From: a virus
Virus record (IMG/VR): IMGVR_UViG_3300047472_000191
Coordinates: 32,001 to 96,000 of that record
DNA: 64,000 bases
Direction: 5' to 3' (one strand)
Shown: one piece after another, positions 1 through 8,202 of the stretch
How positions within the stretch are numbered: position 1 is the stretch's first letter
How the letters are laid out: every line of letters starts with the position of its first letter
The notes under the pieces: model-generated
Database searches by the model: none
The model's input: only the letters and a program-made list of their open reading frames with translations
What the model was told of the DNA's origin: nothing
Made by a program: the position numbers and the translations under genes

Positions 1-2
1 TC

Positions 3-182
3 GGCTTCACCGTCGTCGGCAACGAAATCGCCGCGTTCGGCCGGTTCCTCCAGGCGATCACCCGAGTGTTCGACAATGACCGGCTGACGCAGATCTTCGT
101 GGACCGGGTCATCATCGGCTACCCCTTCAGCCAGGGCAACCCCACCAAGCTCGTGTTCTTCCCGGTTCAGCTCATCGACTGA
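3..182 (+). CDS. 3' end of a hypothetical protein (truncated by window edge)
   Basis: Open frame GFTVVGNEI...FFPVQLID* with high-GC3 codons, ending TGA 180-182, followed by a hairpin. Confidence 0.6.
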   Translation, partial: GFTVVGNEIAAFGRFLQAITRVFDNDRLTQIFVDRVIIGYPFSQGNPTKLVFFPVQLID

Positions 183-200
183 CCGACTCGCACGACCCCC

Positions 201-232
201 GGCGCCACCCCTCACTTCCGAGGGGTGGCGCC
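201..232 (+). terminator. stem-loop, probable intrinsic terminator
   Basis: GGCGCCACCCCTC / GAGGGGTGGCGCC 13-bp inverted repeat just after a stop codon. Confidence 0.6.
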
Positions 233-267
233 TAGTACGTTCCACCTGCAAGAGATAGGCTAGATCC

Positions 268-1200
268 ATGTCCGAAAAGCTAGATGCCGCCCTCGAATGG
301 CTGGAGGACGGGTACGTCCTTGCCAAGCTGCACGGCCTGACCCGCCGGGGCGTCTGCACCTGCGGTAAGCCCTGCGGCAAGCGCGCGGGCAAGCATCCAG
401 TGTTCAAGGACCCGCACGGCGAGCACGCCATCCGTACCCCCGAACAGGCCGAGGCCGCGTTCTCCAGCGGTTTGTACAACTTGGGGCTAGTTACCGGCAG
501 TCCTACCGGCATCGTCGTACTGGACGTGGACACGGACGAAGGCAAGGTGGGCCGGGAGTCTCTGGAGAAGCTGGCAGCCGCGCACGGCTGGGACGATCTG
601 ACCGCGACCCGGCAGCACCGGACCGGAGGCGGCGGGACGCAATTTCTCTTCAGCTACAAGGGACCGGTCCTCAAGACCACGCTGTCGGTGCTCGGACCAG
701 ACCTGGACTTCAAGGCCGGGGACGGCGGGGCGTTCATCGTGCTCCCTCCGTCGCGCAGTGCGAAGGGCCTGTACGAGGTGCTGTCGGACGACCCCATCCA
801 GAAAGCCCCCAGCTGGCTCCTGAAGCTCTGCGAGAGGCAGACCGACCCGACGGGCCGGGAGGGCACTGTTCAAGCCTCCAGCGTGGCGTGGACGGCCCCT
901 CCGGACGGTGCCACGGCTCAACGGTGGGACTACTACGCGGAGCGGGTCATCTGGGAAGCACGGGAGAAACTCCGGGACCTCCAGACCGCCAAGAGCGGCT
1001 GGACGATGGGGATCTTCTCCGCCTGCTGCACGATCTTCGAAATAGCGAATTCGCCCTGGAATACGGTCGGTGTCCGGGAAGCGGAGCGGCTGATCCGGCA
1101 GGTACTGCCTGTCGTGACCGACGGCAGCGACTTCAATCCGTGGGATGTAGTCGAGCAGGCAAAGCGCAGAACAGCAGGCAAGGGGCGCCCTGCCCCCTGA
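268..1200 (+). CDS. bifunctional DNA primase/polymerase (Prim-Pol, AEP family)
   Basis: CxC..C..GKHP, NLGLVTG, IVVLDVD, TGGGGxQ, FIVLPPS motifs. Confidence 0.88.
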   Translation: MSEKLDAALEWLEDGYVLAKLHGLTRRGVCTCGKPCGKRAGKHPVFKDPHGEHAIRTPEQAEAAFSSGLYNLGLVTGSPTGIVVLDVDTDEGKVGRESLEKLAAAHGWDDLTATRQHRTGGGGTQFLFSYKGPVLKTTLSVLGPDLDFKAGDGGAFIVLPPSRSAKGLYEVLSDDPIQKAPSWLLKLCERQTDPTGREGTVQASSVAWTAPPDGATAQRWDYYAERVIWEAREKLRDLQTAKSGWTMGIFSACCTIFEIANSPWNTVGVREAERLIRQVLPVVTDGSDFNPWDVVEQAKRRTAGKGRPAP

Positions 1201-1224
1201 CCTTGGAAGGCTTGGGAGGGTGTA

Positions 1225-1593
1225 ATGGATCTGACGGTTGGGCAGATGGCGCACGTGGTGCACGAGGCGAACCGGGCGTTACAGCGGATTGTCGGGGATG
1301 CCGTGGTATCCCCGACGTGGTGGGAGGCCCCACTGCATCAGCGGGACGGGCTCATGCACGGCGTGCGGAGGGCTCTTGCGGGCGCTACGCCGGAAGAGCT
1401 GCACGAGGAATGGGTGCAGTGGCGCACGGACCGGGGATGGCGGTACGGGCTGATCAAAGATGACTTTGCCAAGACCCATCCGTGTCTGGTCCCGTATGAC
1501 CAGCTGCCTGCCGAACAGCGGGTGAAGGATCATCTGTTGTTGGCGATCGTGACCACGCTGGCGGCGCACTTGTCTCCGGTGGAATCGGCCTAG
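1225..1593 (+). CDS. RyR (ryanodine receptor repeat) domain protein
   Basis: HEEW...GWRYG..KD...KTHPCLVPYDQLP..QRVKD signature. Confidence 0.85.
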   Translation: MDLTVGQMAHVVHEANRALQRIVGDAVVSPTWWEAPLHQRDGLMHGVRRALAGATPEELHEEWVQWRTDRGWRYGLIKDDFAKTHPCLVPYDQLPAEQRVKDHLLLAIVTTLAAHLSPVESA

Positions 1594-1628
1594 TTGCACA
1601 CCCCTAGTTCATTGTGCTAGGGTAGATA
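1594..1628 (+). promoter_or_regulatory. conserved phage promoter TTGCAC-N18-TAGGGT-AGATA (type copy of a dispersed family)
   Basis: Sigma70/HrdB-like -35, TG extension and -10. Related -10 boxes at 2258, 2530, 3249, 3840, 4227, 13198(-), 15009, 16188, 17378, 33694, 56155, 57962, 58834, 59326. Confidence 0.8.
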
Positions 1629-1664
1629 TATCGCAACGAGGAACACCGAACCGAGGAGACCCTC

Positions 1665-2177
1665 ATGCCCGTAACACCCCTGCTGCAACTCGATGTCGAC
1701 GGCGTGCTTTCGCCGGATAAAGCCTGGTCAAAGCCCCAGGGCTACAACGCGTTCCAGGTCTGGCGTACCGAGCTGGGTATCACCCAGAGGAAGCCCCAGC
1801 GCATGTGGCTGAACAAGAACCATGGGACGTGGCTCAAGGCACTCGACGTCGACATGATCTGGGCAACCGCCTGGGAGGGTGCTGCGAACTGGGAGATCGG
1901 CCCGCGCATCGGCCTGGATCCCATGGACCACATCACCTTCAGCAATCGCAGCTATCTGCGAAACCCCGACGGGTCTCACTGGAAGTTGGACGACGTGATG
2001 CTGAACGCGGACGGGCGGCCGTTCGTATGGGTGGATGACGGTATCTCGGGTGCGGACACCGTCAGGGTCGCACTGGAGTACCCGGCGCCTGCTCTCCTGT
2101 ACCGCGTCGATCCCCGGTGGGGGCTCACCATTGACGACATGACCAGCATCTGGCAGTGGATCGATGTCGTGTCGTAA
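1665..2177 (+). CDS. HAD-superfamily protein (RNA-repair-associated HAD type)
   Basis: LDVDGVL motif I, WATAW, PFVWVDD motif IV. Confidence 0.8.
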   Translation: MPVTPLLQLDVDGVLSPDKAWSKPQGYNAFQVWRTELGITQRKPQRMWLNKNHGTWLKALDVDMIWATAWEGAANWEIGPRIGLDPMDHITFSNRSYLRNPDGSHWKLDDVMLNADGRPFVWVDDGISGADTVRVALEYPAPALLYRVDPRWGLTIDDMTSIWQWIDVVS

Positions 2178-2202
2178 CGGGGTACGCACGTTCTGTAGCA
2201 GG

Positions 2203-2233
2203 GAAGCCTGTCAGCTCCGGCTGGCGGGCTTTC
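2203..2233 (+). terminator. intrinsic terminator
   Basis: AAGCCTGTCAGC-TCCG-GCTGGCGGGCTT followed by T-rich run. Confidence 0.65.
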
Positions 2234-2292
2234 TTGCGCGTAAGATCTCTTTTTCACTAGGGTAGATAAAATTATCTAGCGAGGGATGCAAC

Positions 2293-2523
2293 ATGGATCT
2301 GTCCAGTCTTGAGTCGGACCCGGTGAGCGCGGTCAATCCCAATGAGCTGCTGAACAGGCTGCGGGAGGCCTGTCAGCAGACGATGACGGACTTGGACGAC
2401 CCGGAGACTGCGGAAGAGGTTGCTAGCAACGAGGCGGTCATGGCGACGCTTTTCTTGCAGCTGGACGACTGGCTGTCCCGGAGGGGGTTCCTGCCCGCCG
2501 CGTGGCAGGACACAACCGAGTAG
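2293..2523 (+). CDS. hypothetical protein
   Basis: Follows promoter motif at 2234-2268 and GAGG RBS. Confidence 0.65.
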   Translation: MDLSSLESDPVSAVNPNELLNRLREACQQTMTDLDDPETAEEVASNEAVMATLFLQLDDWLSRRGFLPAAWQDTTE

Positions 2524-2691
2524 GTGTGCTAGGGTAGAACTATCCGCGTGAGGCAGGTTGGCGGTCGAATCGCAACACTCTACCGAACATACGAGTGATA
2601 GCTCACAGATTCGACTCAAATCACCCATAAACAAGCCTGACCCCGGTGTAATACCGGGGTCAAGTTGTGTTCCGAACAAGGAGAGTTCCCC

Positions 2692-3168
2692 ATGCACATG
2701 ATCACGGGCACCGCACTGTCTCTTTCCATGGCAGGAGGCCTGGTCCTCGCCGCTGCACCAGACTCCCAGGCAGCCCCGTCGCTACGCGTCCAAGCAGAGT
2801 CGATAGCCGAAAAACAGATCGGCGACCCCTACCGCTGGGGCGCCACCGGCCCTAACGCCTTCGACTGCTCCGGCCTCGTGAAGTACGCGTTCAGCAAGGT
2901 CGGAAAAACGATTCCCCGCACAGCCCAGCAGCAGTACAACGCCTCCCGCCACGAGTCCTGGCGCTCCCGCACGAAGGGCGACATCGTTGCCTTCGGCACG
3001 TCGGCCCGCCGCATCACGCACATCGGGATCTACGTGGGGTACTGGAAGGGCAAGAGCTGGATGATCAACGCGAACACAGGCGCCTACCGGGGCCGCAAGG
3101 TCGTCATCGCCCCCATCCTCGAATACCTCGGCGGCGGCCGTCACGCGTACTACGGACGCATCGGCTAA
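2692..3168 (+). CDS. secreted NlpC/P60 (C40) cell-wall peptidase
   Basis: Signal peptide ending SQA-A; GDPYRWGATGPNAFDCSGL; PRTAQQQ; GDIV; HIGIYVG. Confidence 0.92.
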   Translation: MHMITGTALSLSMAGGLVLAAAPDSQAAPSLRVQAESIAEKQIGDPYRWGATGPNAFDCSGLVKYAFSKVGKTIPRTAQQQYNASRHESWRSRTKGDIVAFGTSARRITHIGIYVGYWKGKSWMINANTGAYRGRKVVIAPILEYLGGGRHAYYGRIG

Positions 3169-3190
3169 GCAGTATCTGGTGCAGTAGACC

Positions 3191-3222
3191 AGGGCGGGAT
3201 ACCTACGGGTACCCCGCCCTTC
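3191..3222 (+). terminator. intrinsic terminator
   Basis: AGGGCGGGATACC-TACG-GGTACCCCGCCCT hairpin followed by T-rich tract. Confidence 0.6.
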
Positions 3223-3260
3223 GTCTTTTCAGGTACTAGGGTCTGCGCTAGTGTAGATAC

Positions 3261-3773
3261 GTGACTGACTCTCCTCTTCTCTCCGAGCGTGAGCGGGTCG
3301 TGCTCCGCCTCACCGCCGAAGGCCTCACCGCTGAGCAGATCGGGACCTTCCTGGACCTGACCCCCACCACGGTGCACGTACACCTGTTCCGGGTCCGTCA
3401 GAAGCTCGGCGCCCAGACCAACCCGCATGCAGTCCTCATAGCAGCCTGGCATCACGCGCATCTTCTGGCAGGTGCAGTTGCCAAGCACGGCACCGCGAAG
3501 GCTGTAGACGCGCACGACGAATATGAGACTCCGCTGTGTGGGCCGTGTGCGGAGCATGCTGAGATCCCGGTGCGCAAGCCGTCCTCGCCCTACCGTCGTC
3601 TCACACCGGTGGGTGAGCGGTTGAAGCGGGGGGAGGATGTGGCCTGCGGGACCATTCAGGCGGCGCGGCGGCATCTCCGGAACAAGGAGCGGCTCGACGA
3701 TCTCACCTGCGGGTGCCAGGAGGCGTATCAGGAGTGGTGGCGGGAGTACCGGCGCTTGCGCCCCTCCGCATGA
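3261..3773 (+). CDS. LuxR-type HTH regulator with C-terminal Cys/His (Zn) motifs
   Basis: LSERERVVLRLTAEGLT..QIG..LDLT..TV..HL..VRQKLG; later HGT..A..H..C..C and CGT..A..H..C.C. Confidence 0.8.
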   Translation: MTDSPLLSERERVVLRLTAEGLTAEQIGTFLDLTPTTVHVHLFRVRQKLGAQTNPHAVLIAAWHHAHLLAGAVAKHGTAKAVDAHDEYETPLCGPCAEHAEIPVRKPSSPYRRLTPVGERLKRGEDVACGTIQAARRHLRNKERLDDLTCGCQEAYQEWWREYRRLRPSA

Positions 3774-3885
3774 GCGACCCCCGGACAGGCTGGCATAGGC
3801 CCTTGTCCGGGGGTTTTGCGTTTCCTTCGAGTCGTATGCTAGGGTAGATATATCAGCCGGGCACACCAGAACCGAGGAGACCGCC

Positions 3886-4182
3886 ATGTCTGTACGCCTG
3901 ATCGCCATCGACCCCTGGGACTGCGGGTGCACCGAATGCATCATCGGCGAGTACAAGCCCCTGATGAGCGCGACGGACGACGACATCGCGGATCTGCTGG
4001 CGGGGCGCCTGCGGGACAACACCTATGACGGGTCGCTGGATGTCTCGATGAACTACCGGACCAGCAAGGACGACAACTCCCGGCTGACGTTGGAAATCGA
4101 GAGCGTCACGGTGACGTACACGGACTACGACGGCTCCGAGAGGACGTGGAGCCCCGACCCGTACCGCGCGGGCCTGGCGTAG
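3886..4182 (+). CDS. hypothetical protein (CGCTEC motif)
   Basis: Promoter motif at 3816-3850, GAGGAG RBS, clean codon usage. Confidence 0.75.
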   Translation: MSVRLIAIDPWDCGCTECIIGEYKPLMSATDDDIADLLAGRLRDNTYDGSLDVSMNYRTSKDDNSRLTLEIESVTVTYTDYDGSERTWSPDPYRAGLA

Positions 4183-4268
4183 TAGTTCGACCAGGGAGGC
4201 GGGTTGCATGCTCGCCTCCCTGCTGCTAGGGTAGATATAACGCAGACACCGAAACCGAGGAGACCGCG

Positions 4269-4508
4269 ATGGACGCCACCGAGATGTACGCCTTCCAGTA
4301 CAACGAGGAAAACGGCTACCTGCCGGAGGAGGTCTACATCCCCACCGACGAAGACGACCTGTCCGACCCCGAGCAGCGCGAGATCATCGAGATGGTCATG
4401 GACGGCTACCGCCTGACCAACGAGGCCCGCCGTGCCCAGCGTGACCGGGACCGCATCGCGTGCCTGACGCAGCTCCTTGCCGAGAACGGAATCGAGATCC
4501 CGGAATGA
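4269..4508 (+). CDS. hypothetical protein
   Basis: Promoter motif at 4204-4237, GAGGAG RBS. Confidence 0.75.
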   Translation: MDATEMYAFQYNEENGYLPEEVYIPTDEDDLSDPEQREIIEMVMDGYRLTNEARRAQRDRDRIACLTQLLAENGIEIPE

Positions 4509-4774
4509 CCGAGCGGATCACCTGGTCCGGCGACTGGTCCAAGAACGTGGGGACGGTGAACGGGGTCCACCTGTTCACCATCTACCGCAACCACGGCCAC
4601 AACCCCGCCGGTTTCCCCTTCCACTTTGAGCACCGCTTCGGCGGATTCTCCCAGGTCAAGAGGTGCTACGCGGCGGAGCCGGTCGCCAAGGAACGCTGCG
4701 AGACCGTGCTGATGAACATCATGACGAAGCTGGGGTTCGTCCCGGCGCCCGACCCGACTGAGGAGACCCCATGA
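4505..4774 (+). CDS. hypothetical protein
   Basis: ATGA overlap with upstream stop; operon context. Confidence 0.7.
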   Translation: MTERITWSGDWSKNVGTVNGVHLFTIYRNHGHNPAGFPFHFEHRFGGFSQVKRCYAAEPVAKERCETVLMNIMTKLGFVPAPDPTEETP

Positions 4775-5091
4775 ACAGTGTGCGTGCCGATGAGGTGCAC
4801 CTGCGAGACCGAATCACGATCAAGGATTCGGACGGAGAGTGGGTCACCGGCAAGGTCATCGAACTCGCCCTGTTCGGGGAGCAGTACGAAACCATCAGCA
4901 TCACGATCCTGACCGACTTCCCCAGGCTGGTGCGCGATCACTTCGTGCCTGATCACCTCATCACGTGCGAGCGCGGCACGGAGGACCCGGCCACCGTGAG
5001 GACTCGGGAACACGCCCGGGAGCAGGCCCGGAATGCCCTGCTGAAGAACTCTGCGCACGTCCCCATCGACCCCACTCACGACCCTCACTGA
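4771..5091 (+). CDS. hypothetical protein (paralog of 6258..6485)
   Basis: GAGGAG RBS, ATGA overlap; DRITIKDSDG-WVT.KV..LA. Confidence 0.7.
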   Translation: MNSVRADEVHLRDRITIKDSDGEWVTGKVIELALFGEQYETISITILTDFPRLVRDHFVPDHLITCERGTEDPATVRTREHAREQARNALLKNSAHVPIDPTHDPH

Positions 5092-5109
5092 GAACGGAAT
5101 CGAGACCCC

Positions 5110-5346
5110 GTGACCTCCATCAGCTACGAGGACGTCCTCACCGAAGCGAACCGCGTCGGCTCTTCCAGGGCGTCTGATGCCGGACTCATGGCGCAACTCT
5201 GTGCGAACGTCCTCCAGACCTTGGTGGGGGCCGTCTCCCCGAAGCTCGTGTGGGAGGGCGCGCAGAAACAGGGCCTGACCTCGCAAGACTTGATGCGCAT
5301 GGCGCGCGACGAACCCCGCGCAGTCCACAACCTGATGTGGATCTAA
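5110..5346 (+). CDS. hypothetical protein
   Basis: Operon context, codon usage. Confidence 0.65.
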   Translation: MTSISYEDVLTEANRVGSSRASDAGLMAQLCANVLQTLVGAVSPKLVWEGAQKQGLTSQDLMRMARDEPRAVHNLMWI

Positions 5347-5355
5347 GGAGACCTC

Positions 5356-5889
5356 ATGACCACCCCGGAGCAGCCGTCCCGTTTCCACGCCTCCCCCGCC
5401 GACATTGACGCGTTCCTCCGCGAGAACTTCGCCGAGGACGTCCTCCTGAACTTCTACCGGGCCGTCGGGGATGAGGTGCTGGACGAAGTACGGATCAGCG
5501 CCCAGGCGTTCAAGAACCTCAAGGCGCAGGGGCAGGCCAAGCACGTCTACCTGGCAGCTATCGACGACACCATGGACTACGTCTGGGATGACCGGTTCTT
5601 CCCGGCCAAGCTGCCGCAGATGACGCACCACAACCGGCCGTTCAACCCGCCCCGAACCGCGCAGGACTGGGGGCGCGGGTTCCTTCCTTGCACAAAGTGC
5701 GGCGGTCCTCCTGAGGACCACATCGGATGGGACCGGCGTCACCTGTACACCACGGTCTCCCAGGGCCCCGCCCCGGCCCCGGAGCCGGACCCCTCCCCGT
5801 GCTACCGCAAGAAGGTGCACGAGCCCCACAAGTGGCTGAAAGGCCGCAAGGCTGTCCCGTGCCCCGGCATCCCCAAGGAGTCTTCGTGA
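5356..5889 (+). CDS. hypothetical protein
   Basis: AAGGAG RBS; CxxC..H and C..H..H..C motifs at C-terminus. Confidence 0.7.
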   Translation: MTTPEQPSRFHASPADIDAFLRENFAEDVLLNFYRAVGDEVLDEVRISAQAFKNLKAQGQAKHVYLAAIDDTMDYVWDDRFFPAKLPQMTHHNRPFNPPRTAQDWGRGFLPCTKCGGPPEDHIGWDRRHLYTTVSQGPAPAPEPDPSPCYRKKVHEPHKWLKGRKAVPCPGIPKESS

Positions 5890-6248
5890 CCACCGAACAG
5901 CACCCCATGGCTGCCCTTCTCCAGTACATCGACGGCGCCCACCTGGACCCCGAGTACGTGGAAACCCTGATCGACCAGATCGCCTCCAAGGCCGTTGAGG
6001 GTGCCAGGACCCGCATGGTGAGGGCCGTGTGGGCGCAGATGTGGCCGATCGCGCAGAAAGACCGCCAGGGGCTCAGCCAGGCCTATGTCGGCGGCTGGGA
6101 CGACGCCACCGCGACCGCCGTGGACAACATCAAAAGCGCCTGGCTCCACACCTGCGCCGAGTGCAAGCAGCCCATCGGCTACACCGGATCCCGGTGGGCG
6201 CACGAAACCCATCCTGACGACAACCACGACGCCCGCCCCGTCCGATAG
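5886..6248 (+). CDS. hypothetical protein
   Basis: AAGGAG RBS, GTGA overlap; C-terminal CAECKQPI..W.H. Confidence 0.7.
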   Translation: MTTEQHPMAALLQYIDGAHLDPEYVETLIDQIASKAVEGARTRMVRAVWAQMWPIAQKDRQGLSQAYVGGWDDATATAVDNIKSAWLHTCAECKQPIGYTGSRWAHETHPDDNHDARPVR

Positions 6249-6257
6249 GAGCCCCTG

Positions 6258-6485
6258 ATGGCTTTCACCGACTCTGCTGCCGTATCCGATCTGTCTCTCG
6301 CGGACCGCATCGCCATCCGTGACGACGATGGCAAGACGTGGGTCACCGCCCGCGTGACCAACCTCGCCTATCTCGACGAAACCGCGATGACAGACACCCG
6401 CATCACGTTGCAGCTGGACGACGGGTCCATCCGCCAGTTCGACCGCAAGCCCACCGACCTGATCCTGTACAACTTTGAGAAGTAG
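6258..6485 (+). CDS. hypothetical protein (paralog of 4771..5091)
   Basis: AGGAG RBS; DRIAIRDDDG.TWVTARV..LA. Confidence 0.7.
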   Translation: MAFTDSAAVSDLSLADRIAIRDDDGKTWVTARVTNLAYLDETAMTDTRITLQLDDGSIRQFDRKPTDLILYNFEK

Positions 6486-6554
6486 ATACGGCCTACTTCG
6501 GACTAAACTCCGTGGTATGCGGTAAGCACTGAACACGATAGACTGTCACTACCC

Positions 6555-6588
6555 ACCCAGCCTCCTCGCGAGGCTGGGTTTCTTTTTG
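6555..6588 (+). terminator. intrinsic terminator
   Basis: ACCCAGCCTC / GAGGCTGGGT followed by TTCTTTTT. Confidence 0.75.
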
Positions 6589-6605
6589 CCCAGAGGAGAT
6601 CCGCT

Positions 6606-6821
6606 GTGACCATGGAAGAAGCAATGCGTAGGGTCACCGGGGTCATCCTCCACCCTGTCTTCGAAAAAGCCCGCCCCGATATCGTCGTGGCGCCCGGCCC
6701 CAACCGGACTGTATCCGTGAGCGGCCCGCAAAACCATCTGGACGGCATTTCACGGGCCTTACAGCGCACCGGCTTAGCGATACACCGTCCGGCCCCTGCA
6801 ACGCTCTTAGTGGTCTTCTGA
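6606..6821 (+). CDS. hypothetical protein (3 TTA codons)
   Basis: GAGGAG RBS before GTG. Confidence 0.55.
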   Translation: MTMEEAMRRVTGVILHPVFEKARPDIVVAPGPNRTVSVSGPQNHLDGISRALQRTGLAIHRPAPATLLVVF

Positions 6822-6831
6822 GGGCTGTGCA

Positions 6832-7398
6832 TTGCCGTCCACGACTCCGACCCCCGCCGCCGAACAGAAAATCCTGCTACGCGCCCGGGAGGTCGCTTTG
6901 ATCCGCAATACACCACGGCCGGGGGATATCGGCTTAACGTCCATAGAGGGCTATGTCGGGTTCCTTATCCGATTAGGCCAGTGGCTCAATGGAGACGGCT
7001 TTTCCCACTACGAGCACGCTTTCATCGTCCTCGAAGACGGCATGCTGATAGAGGCCATGCCGGGCGGTGCGCAGATCGTCCCGCTATCCGAATACGACGA
7101 CCGCGACGTGCTGTATGTGAGCCCCGCTGGTCTCACCGATGCGGACCGGAAACGGATATGCGATGCGGCACGGAATTTCGAGCACACGCCGTACAGCTTT
7201 CTCGACTACGCGGCGATAGCAGCCCACCGGTTACGGCTGCCCTTACCGGGGCTCCGGGATTACGTGGCAGCAACGGACCATCTCATTTGCAGTCAGTTGG
7301 TTGACCGGGCGTACGAAGACGCCGGGATCAAGATCTTTTCCGATTCGAGATGGGATGGCTGGGTGACCCCAGGAGCGCTGTACAAGCGGCTGAAGTGA
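6832..7398 (+). CDS. permuted papain-like NlpC/P60 amidase (YiiX/YebB-like)
   Basis: PGDI..., H(YE)HAFI, IEA..GG, PY, ICSQLVDRAY (His before Cys), VTPG.L. Confidence 0.8.
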   Translation: MPSTTPTPAAEQKILLRAREVALIRNTPRPGDIGLTSIEGYVGFLIRLGQWLNGDGFSHYEHAFIVLEDGMLIEAMPGGAQIVPLSEYDDRDVLYVSPAGLTDADRKRICDAARNFEHTPYSFLDYAAIAAHRLRLPLPGLRDYVAATDHLICSQLVDRAYEDAGIKIFSDSRWDGWVTPGALYKRLK

Positions 7399-7417
7399 CG
7401 GCTGTACGCTGACACAC

Positions 7418-7455
7418 GAACGCCCCCTCCTGCTTCGATCGGGAGGGGGCGTTCG
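7418..7455. terminator. bidirectional terminator between convergent genes
   Basis: GAACGCCCCCTCC / GGAGGGGGCGTTC. Confidence 0.7.
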
Positions 7456-7469
7456 TTGCGGTCTCGGGG

Positions 7470-8162
7470 TCAGCGAGTCCAGGGGGTCGGCTGACCCTTG
7501 GCTTCGCAGAGCCGGGCGTATGCCGTGGTCCTTGGCAGACCCAGTTCGTCCATGACCCGGGGGATGTCCACTGCCTCCCCTCCTTCGCGTGCCAGTAGCT
7601 CCTTGACCTGCTGGACTTCCTGCATCTTGCGGATACGGCGGGGACCGCGCGGCTGAGGGATCACCGTAGAAGTGCTGACGGGTGTGGGCTGGTGGCGCTT
7701 GTCCGCAATGAACTGGAGGATCTCTGGTGTCATCTCGAACCACTCGGTGCCCGGGATACGACAGACGGCAAATTTGCGGTGCAACGCGCGCTCCAGAGAT
7801 TCCCCGCCTTCGAGCAACAGCAGCACGGCGTCGTCCCGGAGGGAAAGCGTTCGCAGGCGGCGCCGGAGACTACCCGTGTAGCCGATCTTGATGCGGCCTC
7901 CGTTGGGGGCGAAATAGACCACATCAGGGTGCTTGTCATCCACGGGCGTCGGGACTGCGGTCGACCTCCCGATCAACTGCGCGTCGTTCCTGGTTGCTGA
8001 CCCATCTTCAGCGTCCCGTTCCTCGTGTGCCAGTGCAGTGGCCAGCATGTTCGGAAGGACGGATGCGGCCACCTCCAGCTGGTGCCGGGTACACAGCAGG
8101 ACCGGCGTCCGAATCGTGGGCGGTTTGGTGCAGGCCGGGGCGGTGCAGGTTTCAGAGTTCAT
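7470..8162 (-). CDS. GIY-YIG (T5orf172/MUG113-like) domain protein with C-terminal HTH
   Basis: VYF..NGGRIKIGYT..L.RR...L, LE..LHRKF...R..GTEWF; C-terminal ELGLPRTTAYARL. Confidence 0.8.
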   Translation of the reverse strand: MNSETCTAPACTKPPTIRTPVLLCTRHQLEVAASVLPNMLATALAHEERDAEDGSATRNDAQLIGRSTAVPTPVDDKHPDVVYFAPNGGRIKIGYTGSLRRRLRTLSLRDDAVLLLLEGGESLERALHRKFAVCRIPGTEWFEMTPEILQFIADKRHQPTPVSTSTVIPQPRGPRRIRKMQEVQQVKELLAREGGEAVDIPRVMDELGLPRTTAYARLCEAKGQPTPWTR

Positions 8163-8202
8163 GCACGTGTCCTTCGATTTGAGTTTGAGTGGGAGTTTGC
8201 TG

